A stretch of 60,823 nucleotides of DNA, counting the filler, from Globobulimina sp. (taxonomy: Eukaryota): NCBI GenBank assembly GCA_003354225.1. It is 17 parts of 17 records of this genome, joined end to end, with 100 filler letters (N's around TTAATTAATTAA, not from the genome) between each part and the next. Parts side by side here need not be neighbours in the genome. Positions count along the whole stretch, not along the records: positions 10,764 to 14,247 come from PIVH01002682.1; positions 14,348 to 17,831 come from PIVH01002683.1; positions 17,932 to 21,415 come from PIVH01002684.1; 14 more parts are not named here. One strand, written 5' to 3'. The position numbers and the translations under genes are program-made. Positions 10,892-20,181 of the stretch are shown here, one piece after another (position 1 is the stretch's first letter; every line of letters starts with the position of its first letter). Below the pieces are notes generated by a model. It did not search any database and had not been told where the DNA came from. It saw only the letters and a program-made list of their open reading frames with translations.

Positions 10892-12151
10892 TTAACACAC
10901 AAAGATTGTATTTTTAAGGATATCGTAATTTTGAGACCAATTATTATCACAATAATTACGATGCATAGGTTTCCAATGCAACTTTTGACATTTTTTATTG
11001 CAATACATTACTTTCATACATCCTGAACATGATTTTAATTTTGTTCCTTTTTTCATTCCACAATTTCCACATTTCATATTTTTCATTTTTTTTATAAATA
11101 ATCTTTTTTGTTTATCGTAATCTCTCTCAACAAATGATTGTAAATAATATGTTTCATCATCAATATGACATAATTTATATGAATATTTTAAACATTTTAA
11201 ACCAATCCCATATTCAGAACATTTATAACATGTTTCACTTAAATATTTTAATGATAGACATATCAAAATAAATGAAGGCGCACAATCCATTGCGAGAACA
11301 AATGCATATTTTGCATCCAAATAGTTTCCATCTTTCAAATACATTTTTCCATAAAGAAAATATGAATCTCCATCTATTTTTTCCATACCAAAATCACTAA
11401 AAAATCCAAGATCAGATATTAAACGTTTTCCATATTTTTCAATATCTTTACTCCAAATTTTCAACTCTTTGCTCCATTTCAGTGTGTTGACATTTCTTTT
11501 TTTACCCGACATTTTCCACATTTTATCTATTTTGTTTTTTAACTCTTTCTCCGATTTTATATTTTCTAACATATTTTCAATCCATTCCTTACCAAAAACC
11601 ATGGCAAAGCCCAACCGTATTTTAAGAAACTCAGGAAGCGCATTACCAGCATCATGAAACGAAAAAAATGACCTCCAAAAAATACTTTCATAGTCACAAA
11701 ATTCTATAATTATCGCAATATCATAAATTGGATTGCGGGAGAATTCAGAATTCAAAAATGCCAAATCGAATTTCTCGAATGCCATACAACAATAATTTAT
11801 TAATTCTCGTATCAGCGCAACCTGTATTGTTCTTTTTTTTCTTTTTCCGATGGAAAATTGAAAATAAACTTCAGTGAAATACTGTATTATTAAATGATTT
11901 CCATGGAATATTATGTTTTTTAAAATTTTTTCAACATTTGTTTCATGTGAGAACCAAAACTCTTTTTGTTGCAACAGCTCGTTTATATTTGCGAGTGGTA
12001 ACAATGATTCGCAACATGACGTTGAGAGAAGAGGTCCAATTTTTTTCCAAGCAATCTCGAATGTGTTCCAATATTTTGAATTTGAATCATTAATCGAGTT
12101 TTTTAATTTTTCATATAATGTCCAAGCTTTTGGAAGCCATATATCTGCCAT
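10892..12151 (-). CDS. Helical/TPR-like protein with C-terminal MYND zinc finger
   Basis: CGNC...CSGC...YCNKKCQKLHWKPMHRNYC is a zf-MYND signature. Confidence 0.85.
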   Translation of the reverse strand: MADIWLPKAWTLYEKLKNSINDSNSKYWNTFEIAWKKIGPLLSTSCCESLLPLANINELLQQKEFWFSHETNVEKILKNIIFHGNHLIIQYFTEVYFQFSIGKRKKRTIQVALIRELINYCCMAFEKFDLAFLNSEFSRNPIYDIAIIIEFCDYESIFWRSFFSFHDAGNALPEFLKIRLGFAMVFGKEWIENMLENIKSEKELKNKIDKMWKMSGKKRNVNTLKWSKELKIWSKDIEKYGKRLISDLGFFSDFGMEKIDGDSYFLYGKMYLKDGNYLDAKYAFVLAMDCAPSFILICLSLKYLSETCYKCSEYGIGLKCLKYSYKLCHIDDETYYLQSFVERDYDKQKRLFIKKMKNMKCGNCGMKKGTKLKSCSGCMKVMYCNKKCQKLHWKPMHRNYCDNNWSQNYDILKNTIFVC

Positions 12152-12267
12152 TTAATTGTGCAGAGTGCAGAGCAATGTCTAATTTTAGAATTATAAAAAT
12201 ATAAATATAAAATATATGTGTCATAATTCTTCAGAATCTAGAACAATGTTTTTTTAGTAAGCATATA

Positions 12268-13263
12268 ATGGATGATGTAATAATTGAATTGGAATCACCG
12301 ATAACTAAAAATAAAAATAGTGTTCTCAAGTCTGGCTCAACAACAACCAATCTCAACAAAAGAAAATTAGATGGCTATAATAACAACGAGCCAAGTCGAA
12401 AAAAAAAGAAATTTAATAAAGATTACATGAAAAAAACACTACATATATTGTTTGAATCAAATCGAACATTAAAAAAACAAAATCATGCATTACAACAACA
12501 AAACCAATTATTACAAAAAAGGAATAGATTGAAATCACATACTAAAGAATATCCGTTTAAATGCAACATTTGTAAACGTACAGCCGGCACCAAAGGTAAT
12601 CTTAAACAACACTGGAATGCGCGGCATAGATATAACAAAAATGAAACACACGAAGAGAGTGATGACAGTTCCACGGAAAGTGAGTCAGATTCGGAAAGTG
12701 AGTCGGACTCAGAATGCAATGTAAGAAATAATATTAATACGAGAAAAGGGAGAAATTCGGATGGTTCAATGAAAAATATCGAGTCAAGAAACAAAAAAAA
12801 GAAAAATAAACGAAGAAGAAGGAGCAGACGAGGTGCTACCAATAATAATGCCAATTACGACAAAGATGTACGGAAAAAAGAGAAGAAAGAAGAAGTTATT
12901 GCCGCTTTGGTGTCCATATTAATGGACAATGAGCAGTTAGCCAGGAATCAGTTGCTGAGAAAATTTAATCAGATGACTGCCAATGTCGGCTGGGACTATG
13001 GCTATAAAACTCATTTAAACTGCACATTCACTGCTTTCTTGCGCAATAACCATAGATTTCGAATTATTGACCCGGATGCTAGAAATTTTAGCGTTTGTTT
13101 AGCCAAAGATTTTGAAAATAATATTATAAAGAATAAGAATAGGAAGAATGATGAGGAGAGCGATGAAAGCGATGATGTTGAAATTATGCAAGAAGCGCCA
13201 AAGAAAAGAGGCCGAGGCAGACCGCCAAAGAAGAAAAATACTCCAAATAAAAATAAAACGTAA
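12268..13263 (+). CDS. Nuclear protein with C2H2 zinc finger, AT-hook and possible winged-helix (LOTUS/OST-HTH-like) domain
   Basis: FKCNICKRTAGTKGNLKQHWNARH (C2H2), KKRGRGRPPKK (AT-hook) and basic NLS-like tracts. Confidence 0.75.
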   Translation: MDDVIIELESPITKNKNSVLKSGSTTTNLNKRKLDGYNNNEPSRKKKKFNKDYMKKTLHILFESNRTLKKQNHALQQQNQLLQKRNRLKSHTKEYPFKCNICKRTAGTKGNLKQHWNARHRYNKNETHEESDDSSTESESDSESESDSECNVRNNINTRKGRNSDGSMKNIESRNKKKKNKRRRRSRRGATNNNANYDKDVRKKEKKEEVIAALVSILMDNEQLARNQLLRKFNQMTANVGWDYGYKTHLNCTFTAFLRNNHRFRIIDPDARNFSVCLAKDFENNIIKNKNRKNDEESDESDDVEIMQEAPKKRGRGRPPKKKNTPNKNKT

Positions 13264-13434
13264 AAAAAATAAAAAGAATAAAAATGCTTTGGATTCAATT
13301 TCTGCAGAATACAGAAAATTTGCGTTTACAGTTTGATGATTGAAATAAATTAATAAAAAACATACATATCTACTAAGCGACGCCATCTACTTGACAGGTT
13401 TTTTGCTGTAAACACACAAAAAAGCAAATCCGAT

Positions 13435-14103
13435 ATGCGTGCAGTGGTTGCGACTGCCAAAAGTGATGATGGGATATCAAGCATAATAATTAAAGATAAT
13501 GAAGCAATCCCAAAACTAACTAAGTCAGATTCCGTATTAATCCGCGTTTACTATGCAGCCATCAATCCATTTGATTGGCAGTTAGTTCAATGTTTAATGG
13601 GTAAATCAGCTCCAGTGAGGCCACCATTTATTTGTGGCCGCGATTTCTGTGGCAAAGTGATTGAAATTGGCAACAAAGTGAGAAACTGCAAAGTTGGGGA
13701 TTTTGTGTGTGGTCAAAGTTATTCATATTATGGATCAATGGCGGATTACACTCGAATCTCATCGTCGAGAGTACGAAGATTCAATCCAAGAATAATTGAC
13801 TTAAAACAAGCAGCAGTGATACCATGCATTGGCCAAACAGTGTGGCAATCTCTTATTGTTACTGCGCACTTAAAATGCAATCACAAATTACTCATTCTTG
13901 GCGGGACTACGCAGTGTGGAATCATTGCAACTCAGATTGCCAAAAATATAGTGAATGTGCAAAATATTACAGTTACTTCATCGAAACCGGAATATTGTTA
14001 CAACACATTGGGTGTTGACAAAGTAATAAACTATAAACAGAATGAGATTTGGTGGAAGTTATCCCCAAGAGGAACAAGAATGCGAAGTTCATGTTGGGTT
14101 TAG
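13435..14103 (+). CDS. MDR-family NADPH:quinone oxidoreductase-like protein, C-terminally truncated or interrupted
   Basis: VLIRVYYAAINPFDW, PFICGRDFCGKV, VGDFVCG, LLILGG and LGVDKVINYK. Homology stops at about 14058, where a hairpin array begins. Confidence 0.85.
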   Translation: MRAVVATAKSDDGISSIIIKDNEAIPKLTKSDSVLIRVYYAAINPFDWQLVQCLMGKSAPVRPPFICGRDFCGKVIEIGNKVRNCKVGDFVCGQSYSYYGSMADYTRISSSRVRRFNPRIIDLKQAAVIPCIGQTVWQSLIVTAHLKCNHKLLILGGTTQCGIIATQIAKNIVNVQNITVTSSKPEYCYNTLGVDKVINYKQNEIWWKLSPRGTRMRSSCWV

Positions 14104-14247
14104 AAAGATTTTTCAATACCATGAATTATCCCCTTGAGAAGATATACGAAGTATATTCTCAAGGGTTTATAGAGAAGATCAATCATTTTTAATTATCCCC
14201 TTGAGAATATATACGTAGTATATACTCAAGGGTTTATAGAGAAGATC
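14059..14247. repeat. 67-bp-period array of bulged hairpins (3 units, cut by the contig end)
   Basis: TTATCCCC starts at 14059, 14126 and 14193. Each is followed by a 35-nt CCC...GGG hairpin and TTTA...AAGAT. Confidence 0.85.
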
Positions 14248-14347
14248 NNNNNNNNNNNNNNNNNNNNNNNNNNNNNNNNNNNNNNNNNNNNTTAATTAAT
14301 TAANNNNNNNNNNNNNNNNNNNNNNNNNNNNNNNNNNNNNNNNNNNN

Positions 14348-14852
14348 GAAGGAATTCACGAACAGTATTGTCGTGACCATGACTTATGTCGCTGTTTAAA
14401 CCGGGCAAATCTACAATACCTAAACCTTCAAATTGAGGCAGATTCACTTTGCAAAGTTTTATGTTATTATTGCTATCATTATCAATATCTGTTTGTTGAT
14501 GAATATATAATGTCGGTGTTGTCGTAGCTGGGATATCATCAACTTCTGCTATTTTACATCCAATGATCGCATTAATGATTGATGATTTTCCTTTATTCCA
14601 TTCACCTACAAATCCAATATAAAATGGATATTTTAAATCTTTAATAGATTGTTCAATTTGTGCATTTTGTGTTGCTGTCAATAAATTGTTATCCACGACA
14701 ATCTTTTCTAATAAATTGGATGTGTTATCAATTAGTGTTTGTGTTGGTGAACTCCATTCTGACGGTTTGGAACTGCAAAATAAGGAGGTTAATATCCTTG
14801 GTTTGAGCATGCGCCATGGTTTTAAGCGACATATGACTTTTATAGTTTTCAT
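14348..14852 (-). CDS. Bacterial-dynamin/mitofusin/FZL-like GTPase, 3'-partial
   Basis: IGFVGEWNKGKSSIINAIIG (G1), PATT (G2), IVDLPG (G3). Basic N-terminus free of acidic residues. Confidence 0.85.
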
Positions 14853-14889
14853 GTTTAAACTGCTGCAATATTATATTGAACGTTGAATC

Positions 14890-15492
14890 ATGGACGCCAG
14901 TGTTTCGTTTATCGGCATTGTATTAGTATTTGTAGCGTTATGTGTTACAACATATGTACTATGGTTAAAATTAAAACAATTCATTTGTAATATCGCAGGT
15001 GAAGCAGATAATTTATTAAATTCTCGGTTTAGAAATATTTTAGGCGAAACAATAACAAATATATTAAGATCATTCTTAGTTATAATTGCAGGTCGATATG
15101 GAATAACTGCAACCAATTCTGAATGGTATCAAATATTATTTGGATTATTATATTTCTTCTCCCCAATTGATTTGATTCCAGACTTCATTCCTATCGTTGG
15201 ATATTTTGATGATATATTTATTATATATTGGATTGGGAAATTATTAGCTCCATTAATTAAATTTGTAATTGGTATCATTAACTTTAAGGATAAAAATGAT
15301 GAGAATAGTAAATGGGTACAAACAGATAATGAAGAATGTGTTGTTTGTTATGGTGCAAATGGTTCAAGAAATACTATACTCAAACCATGCGGACATAAAT
15401 TATGTAAATTAGATACCAAAGCATTAATTCGTCGAAAAATGCCATGCCCTTTTTGTCGCTCAAAAATTGTATCTGCACAAATAATGAAATGA
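14890..15492 (+). CDS. Membrane protein with DUF1232/YkvA domain and C-terminal RING finger
   Basis: LLYFFSPIDLIPDFIPIVGYFDD (DUF1232). CVVC...PCGH.LC..D...CPFCR (RING-HC with one Cys replaced by Asp). Confidence 0.88.
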   Translation: MDASVSFIGIVLVFVALCVTTYVLWLKLKQFICNIAGEADNLLNSRFRNILGETITNILRSFLVIIAGRYGITATNSEWYQILFGLLYFFSPIDLIPDFIPIVGYFDDIFIIYWIGKLLAPLIKFVIGIINFKDKNDENSKWVQTDNEECVVCYGANGSRNTILKPCGHKLCKLDTKALIRRKMPCPFCRSKIVSAQIMK

Positions 15493-15539
15493 AATGATTT
15501 GATTTGAACTTCAGTACATTTTTCGTACAGTTACTAACA

Positions 15540-16364
15540 ATGACGACTAGTACTCAAGTCGATGCAGACACAGAATTGATACCATTTTTATCTAACAAAC
15601 TTACTGGTTGTTTCACATCATGGATGCAATCAAATTATTTCAATTTATTTACACATTACAAAACAATATTCAATGCTTACAACGAATTACAATCAGAATA
15701 CAATAAAATTAAACACGACAATACGTCGAAACAACATGAAATTGAAAGTTTGCAAATGCAAATTAAATCAGCCGCAGCAACACCAGAATATAAACAATCT
15801 CCAATGCAAAACACCGAAAATATTAACAATGCATATTTCACTAAATTGGAATATAAAATTAAAATGTTAGAAAATGAATTAATTGAAAGCAACAATAAAC
15901 ATCAAAATGATATTAGATATTTCAAGGAAGAAAATAAAAATTTAAAATTTAAATCAGATTTTAATCAGAAATGTGTGCAAAATCAAATAAGTTTAAAAGA
16001 AATGAATTATCAACAAACAAAACAAAAATATGAACAGTTAGCAACAAATCATATAAAAAATATAAAATCAATTCATTTGTTTTTAAATGATGTAAATAAT
16101 CGATGGCAAATGTTTTTAAATAAATATTCAAATTCAAATTCAAATTCAAATCATCGAACAATAATTAATAATAATAATAATAATATATTAACCACTCTTG
16201 ATATTGAACCAAAATTAATGACCGCCTATGCGGAGTTGGAGCAATTTCTGCTTAAAATATCAATGTTAATGTTATCAAAAGAACGCGATCATTTAAATAG
16301 TCATAACATCTCAGATTTGACAATGACTGAATTCGAAGATGACAACGATGACACACAACAATGA
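15540..16364 (+). CDS. Coiled-coil hypothetical protein
   Basis: Long ORF rich in E/K/Q/N with heptad character; first ATG at 15540. Confidence 0.6.
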   Translation: MTTSTQVDADTELIPFLSNKLTGCFTSWMQSNYFNLFTHYKTIFNAYNELQSEYNKIKHDNTSKQHEIESLQMQIKSAAATPEYKQSPMQNTENINNAYFTKLEYKIKMLENELIESNNKHQNDIRYFKEENKNLKFKSDFNQKCVQNQISLKEMNYQQTKQKYEQLATNHIKNIKSIHLFLNDVNNRWQMFLNKYSNSNSNSNHRTIINNNNNNILTTLDIEPKLMTAYAELEQFLLKISMLMLSKERDHLNSHNISDLTMTEFEDDNDDTQQ

Positions 16365-16562
16365 CAATAATATGTTTGTGACTTTGTGGTTCTTCCTTTT
16401 TTTCCGAATCATTTTTCTTTTCTTAATTTGTCTAAAAGTCTAAGTCTTTCATTATTTTATATTTTTTTACAGAATAAATTGTCATTTTTGCGATGGAATT
16501 GATAAAACACCGGCAATAAACAGCTAAAAAACCTAATACTTTTATACTTTCTCTTAAAAGTC

Positions 16563-17831
16563 ATGGGACAGACAGTGACAAAAACTAATACTTTTGACCA
16601 TGCATTGGCAATAACCATACCAGTTCATGTTGTTGTTTTGAATAATTACACGTTTAGTGGAAGCATTGACATATCGGCATCAACAGCAAATTATACAGTA
16701 AAGCTTTTATTAAATTCAATTATTAATACTTTACAACAAATACATCAGCCAACAACTTATCATATTCATTATATATCATTTTCCATAAAACAATCACATT
16801 CAGAAATTAATCAATTTAATCATAAAAAAAATCATATTGGGTCGCAACAAATATATTATTCAAATCATACAAAAACATTTGATAAAATATTGAAATCAGA
16901 CGTAAATAACAAAGAATTTTTTAAATTTGAATTTTTGACTGAATGTGATATCGAAATACCAATAAATGTTTCATGTCTATTTAATACCAAATACAATGTA
17001 AATAATTATAAATTATCCGTTTGCTACAATAACAATTATTTTATTCGTGATATATTAAATGATATCATTTTTTTTATTAACTCCAAACATAAACATGATG
17101 CAAATATTACATGCGAAAATATTCAGATTATAAACCAACATTCGTTCTGCAAAAACAGTCAGAAAAATTATCCAATCACTCATTATAAAAATATATTTGA
17201 AATTAATAAAATTGGGATAAACATCGAATTGGTATCCAAACCAATTAATTGTCCATATATTACATCAAATAAAATATGTCCGATTTATTCACAAATGATT
17301 AAAAATAAAAACATTAATCCAGAGAATTATAAACATTTATTTTTATTCAATCATTTCAAAGATAATTTTATGTCGACTCAAGAATGTCCAGATTCATATA
17401 ATTGTAAATCGTATATTCGACTAAAAAATAAAGGAAATAATCTCAACGATAAATGTCATTTAAAATTGTACAAACATCCAATTGTTACAAAAACAAAAAG
17501 ATATGACACATTAAAACAAAATGTTTCTCATTTTTTTAATCAAACTGAGATGCATTCAAATGATTCAATTGATAATTTGCCAGTTTATGCTGTTTATCTT
17601 CCATCGATTGAGGACGAAGAACGATTTAATTTTTCATATTCAGACCTTCGAGAAAATGGATATTTAAAACCACTCAAACAAGAAATAATTAATAACGGCT
17701 TCCAAACAGATTTATATTTGAATGGAGCCTTTGTTATGGACTTTGTGGAAGAAAAAATGGATTTATTTCGACAAAAGAATATCTCGAACAGTTGTGATTT
17801 AAATAAAGGAGAAATGTTAGCGTTGATATTG
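16563..17831 (+). CDS. Hypothetical protein with two Cys/His (PBZ-like) motifs, 3'-partial
   Basis: CPY..CPIY...HLFLFNH and CPDSYNC...HLKLYKHP. Ends at EMLALIL at the contig edge. Confidence 0.6.
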
Positions 17832-17944
17832 NNNNNNNNNNNNNNNNNNNNNNNNNNNNNNNNNNNNNNNNNNNNTTAATTAATTAANNNNNNNNNNNNN
17901 NNNNNNNNNNNNNNNNNNNNNNNNNNNNNNNAGTCTAAGCAGTA

Positions 17945-19852
17945 ATGGGGTTGTTACTGTGGATTGTATTATGTACATCACTTGCCATCTCAAAACGTGT
18001 TCCTGGTCACGAGCAAATTGAATGTGATGGGTTTGAGACGCAACAATGTCTTGATTTAGTATATGAATATTATGGTTTAACAGCCACACAATTATCAGAA
18101 TACGGAGCCATGCAACAAGCAATTTTAGCAGATACCATAGAATGTCATTATATTTATGATATATGTCCTTTTTATATCCCACCGATCACTGGCGGGAAAT
18201 TAGAGTGTACCAATGGTGAAATTGCCTTTGTTGATGATGAAGAAACAGGCAATCTAAATTATTATGCCTGCCATGATGTAGATTTATTGTCATTTATCCC
18301 AATCCAACATTTAGGCAGCAACAGCAACGCATCGGGTGCTGATATTTGGGGATATCAAACCGTAGACACTGATGGAGTGGTAAATAAACATTATGCCATC
18401 ACATCGCAAGCAGATGGCTCGACCATTGTCGATGTGACAGACCCGATTCATCCAAATGTATTAGCTTTCATTGTGAGCAATGTGAATGGGGCATTACGCA
18501 ATGTATTATGGCGTGATGTCAAAGTCTATAAGCAATGGGCGATCGTGGTTGCCGATACCAGCGGCATTGATGACCATGGAATACAAATCTATAATTTAGA
18601 TGAAATTATTGCAAAAGCCGAGCAATTTCAAGCGCAATTTGGTACAATGGATAATAGTCCGTTACCAATATACAATGTATCCAAAGAAGATATTATTATC
18701 TATTCGCAGGTGGGTCGATGTCATAACGTGTACGTCGACAATGAGATAGGCCATTTATATGCATTTGGCAGTATGGGAGTGAATGGAAATGAATGTAAGA
18801 CGGGTTTGCATATTATTGACATAAATGACCCAACACAGCCACAGTTTATGGCTTGCCATGATGACGCGTTATATGTTCATGATGCACAATGTGTTAGATA
18901 TCATGGTCCGGATCTTGATTATACCGATCATGAAATATGTTTTATGTTTACACCGGATGTTGGTAACTTGACCATTGTCGATGTCACAAATCCTCGCAAT
19001 ATCACACAGATATCGTCAACAACCTATTTTACGTCGTCTTATAACCACCAAGGATGGGTGACCAGTAACCATGAGTACCTATTGTTGGATGATGAATGTG
19101 ACGAAGGACCGCTGCCTAACAGATTTGCAGTGACACAAAATAAAACCACAACCTATATATTTGATATACGGGATTTGGATAATGTGGATTATCGACGAGC
19201 ACATCATTCGCATATATTAGCAGTGGATCATAATCAATATATTGTTGATAATGGACATAAGTATTCGTCCAATCATGCAAAGTTTCGCGGATATACATTT
19301 CAGGCAAATTATGAAGCTGGATTAAGGATTTTAAGTATTGATGATATTGCCAATGAGAACGGTAATCAATTGGAGGAAATTGCGTTTTTTGATTTGTATC
19401 CATGGAAATTGCATGAAAACGGATCATCTGTTTATGATGAAATAAAATTTTTTGGTGCCTGGAGTGTTTATCCGTATTTCAATAAATTAGGAACAAATCC
19501 AAATGAATATATATATTCAAATAAACTCGTTGTTGGATCAACAACGACTGGTTTATATGTGGTTGATTTTAAGGGTAATATGGATTTCTCAGTTGACGAA
19601 GATGAAGATGAAGATGCAGATGAAGACGATGCTTTTCGTTGGGGTGAATGGTATGGTATTACACTCATTGTAGTTATTGTGGCAGCAATCATATTTGTTT
19701 TATTTATGGCACGTAAAATGTTTCAAAAAAACCAAAAGGAAAAACGAATGGAAGCGTATGAGAATATTGTTGGTATGGGGCAAACAAATAAATATGGCAC
19801 TGCCACGGCCACTGCCACTGCAAAACATGTTGCTCCGAGTCAAAGATTATGA
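17945..19852 (+). CDS. Choice-of-anchor B / LVIVD-repeat protein with signal peptide and C-terminal TM
   Basis: CHDVDLLSF, DIWGY, IVDVTDP, WRDVKVY, HDAQC, YNHQGW, LLDDECDE, DHNQY, QANYEAGLRI, GAWSVYPYF. TM segment ITLIVVIVAAIIFVLFM. Confidence 0.88.
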   Translation: MGLLLWIVLCTSLAISKRVPGHEQIECDGFETQQCLDLVYEYYGLTATQLSEYGAMQQAILADTIECHYIYDICPFYIPPITGGKLECTNGEIAFVDDEETGNLNYYACHDVDLLSFIPIQHLGSNSNASGADIWGYQTVDTDGVVNKHYAITSQADGSTIVDVTDPIHPNVLAFIVSNVNGALRNVLWRDVKVYKQWAIVVADTSGIDDHGIQIYNLDEIIAKAEQFQAQFGTMDNSPLPIYNVSKEDIIIYSQVGRCHNVYVDNEIGHLYAFGSMGVNGNECKTGLHIIDINDPTQPQFMACHDDALYVHDAQCVRYHGPDLDYTDHEICFMFTPDVGNLTIVDVTNPRNITQISSTTYFTSSYNHQGWVTSNHEYLLLDDECDEGPLPNRFAVTQNKTTTYIFDIRDLDNVDYRRAHHSHILAVDHNQYIVDNGHKYSSNHAKFRGYTFQANYEAGLRILSIDDIANENGNQLEEIAFFDLYPWKLHENGSSVYDEIKFFGAWSVYPYFNKLGTNPNEYIYSNKLVVGSTTTGLYVVDFKGNMDFSVDEDEDEDADEDDAFRWGEWYGITLIVVIVAAIIFVLFMARKMFQKNQKEKRMEAYENIVGMGQTNKYGTATATATAKHVAPSQRL

Positions 19853-20181
19853 TTTATTAAGTCAGACATAAAAGTAATAATTATATTTGAAAACGTGCAT
19901 TTTAAAATCACTATATTACTTTGTTAGATCAACATTGCTTCGTCCAGTTCGTTTTGAAGATCCTAAAGTTCAATGAGATGCGCATGATCCTAAACAACTA
20001 GCAATGAAAAAGCCGTTCGAACATCCTCGTTATTCACATATATGACAGAACCCGTTTAAAAAAACAATGTACACTTTATTTCAAATTAAATTGGATTCAC
20101 AGAATATACTGGAAAAAATATTAAAAAAAAAATTACAAGATCAAAAACCAAACAAATACAACATGTCTTTTGTTTTTCCTT

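Noticed and set aside
14059-14247. 67-bp array as CRISPR repeat-spacer units or integron attC sites
   Set aside because: Units 2 and 3 are near-identical throughout, so there are no unique spacers. The ends lack the RYYYAAC/GTTRRRY attC boxes and no cassette ORFs lie between units. Kept as an unexplained hairpin array.
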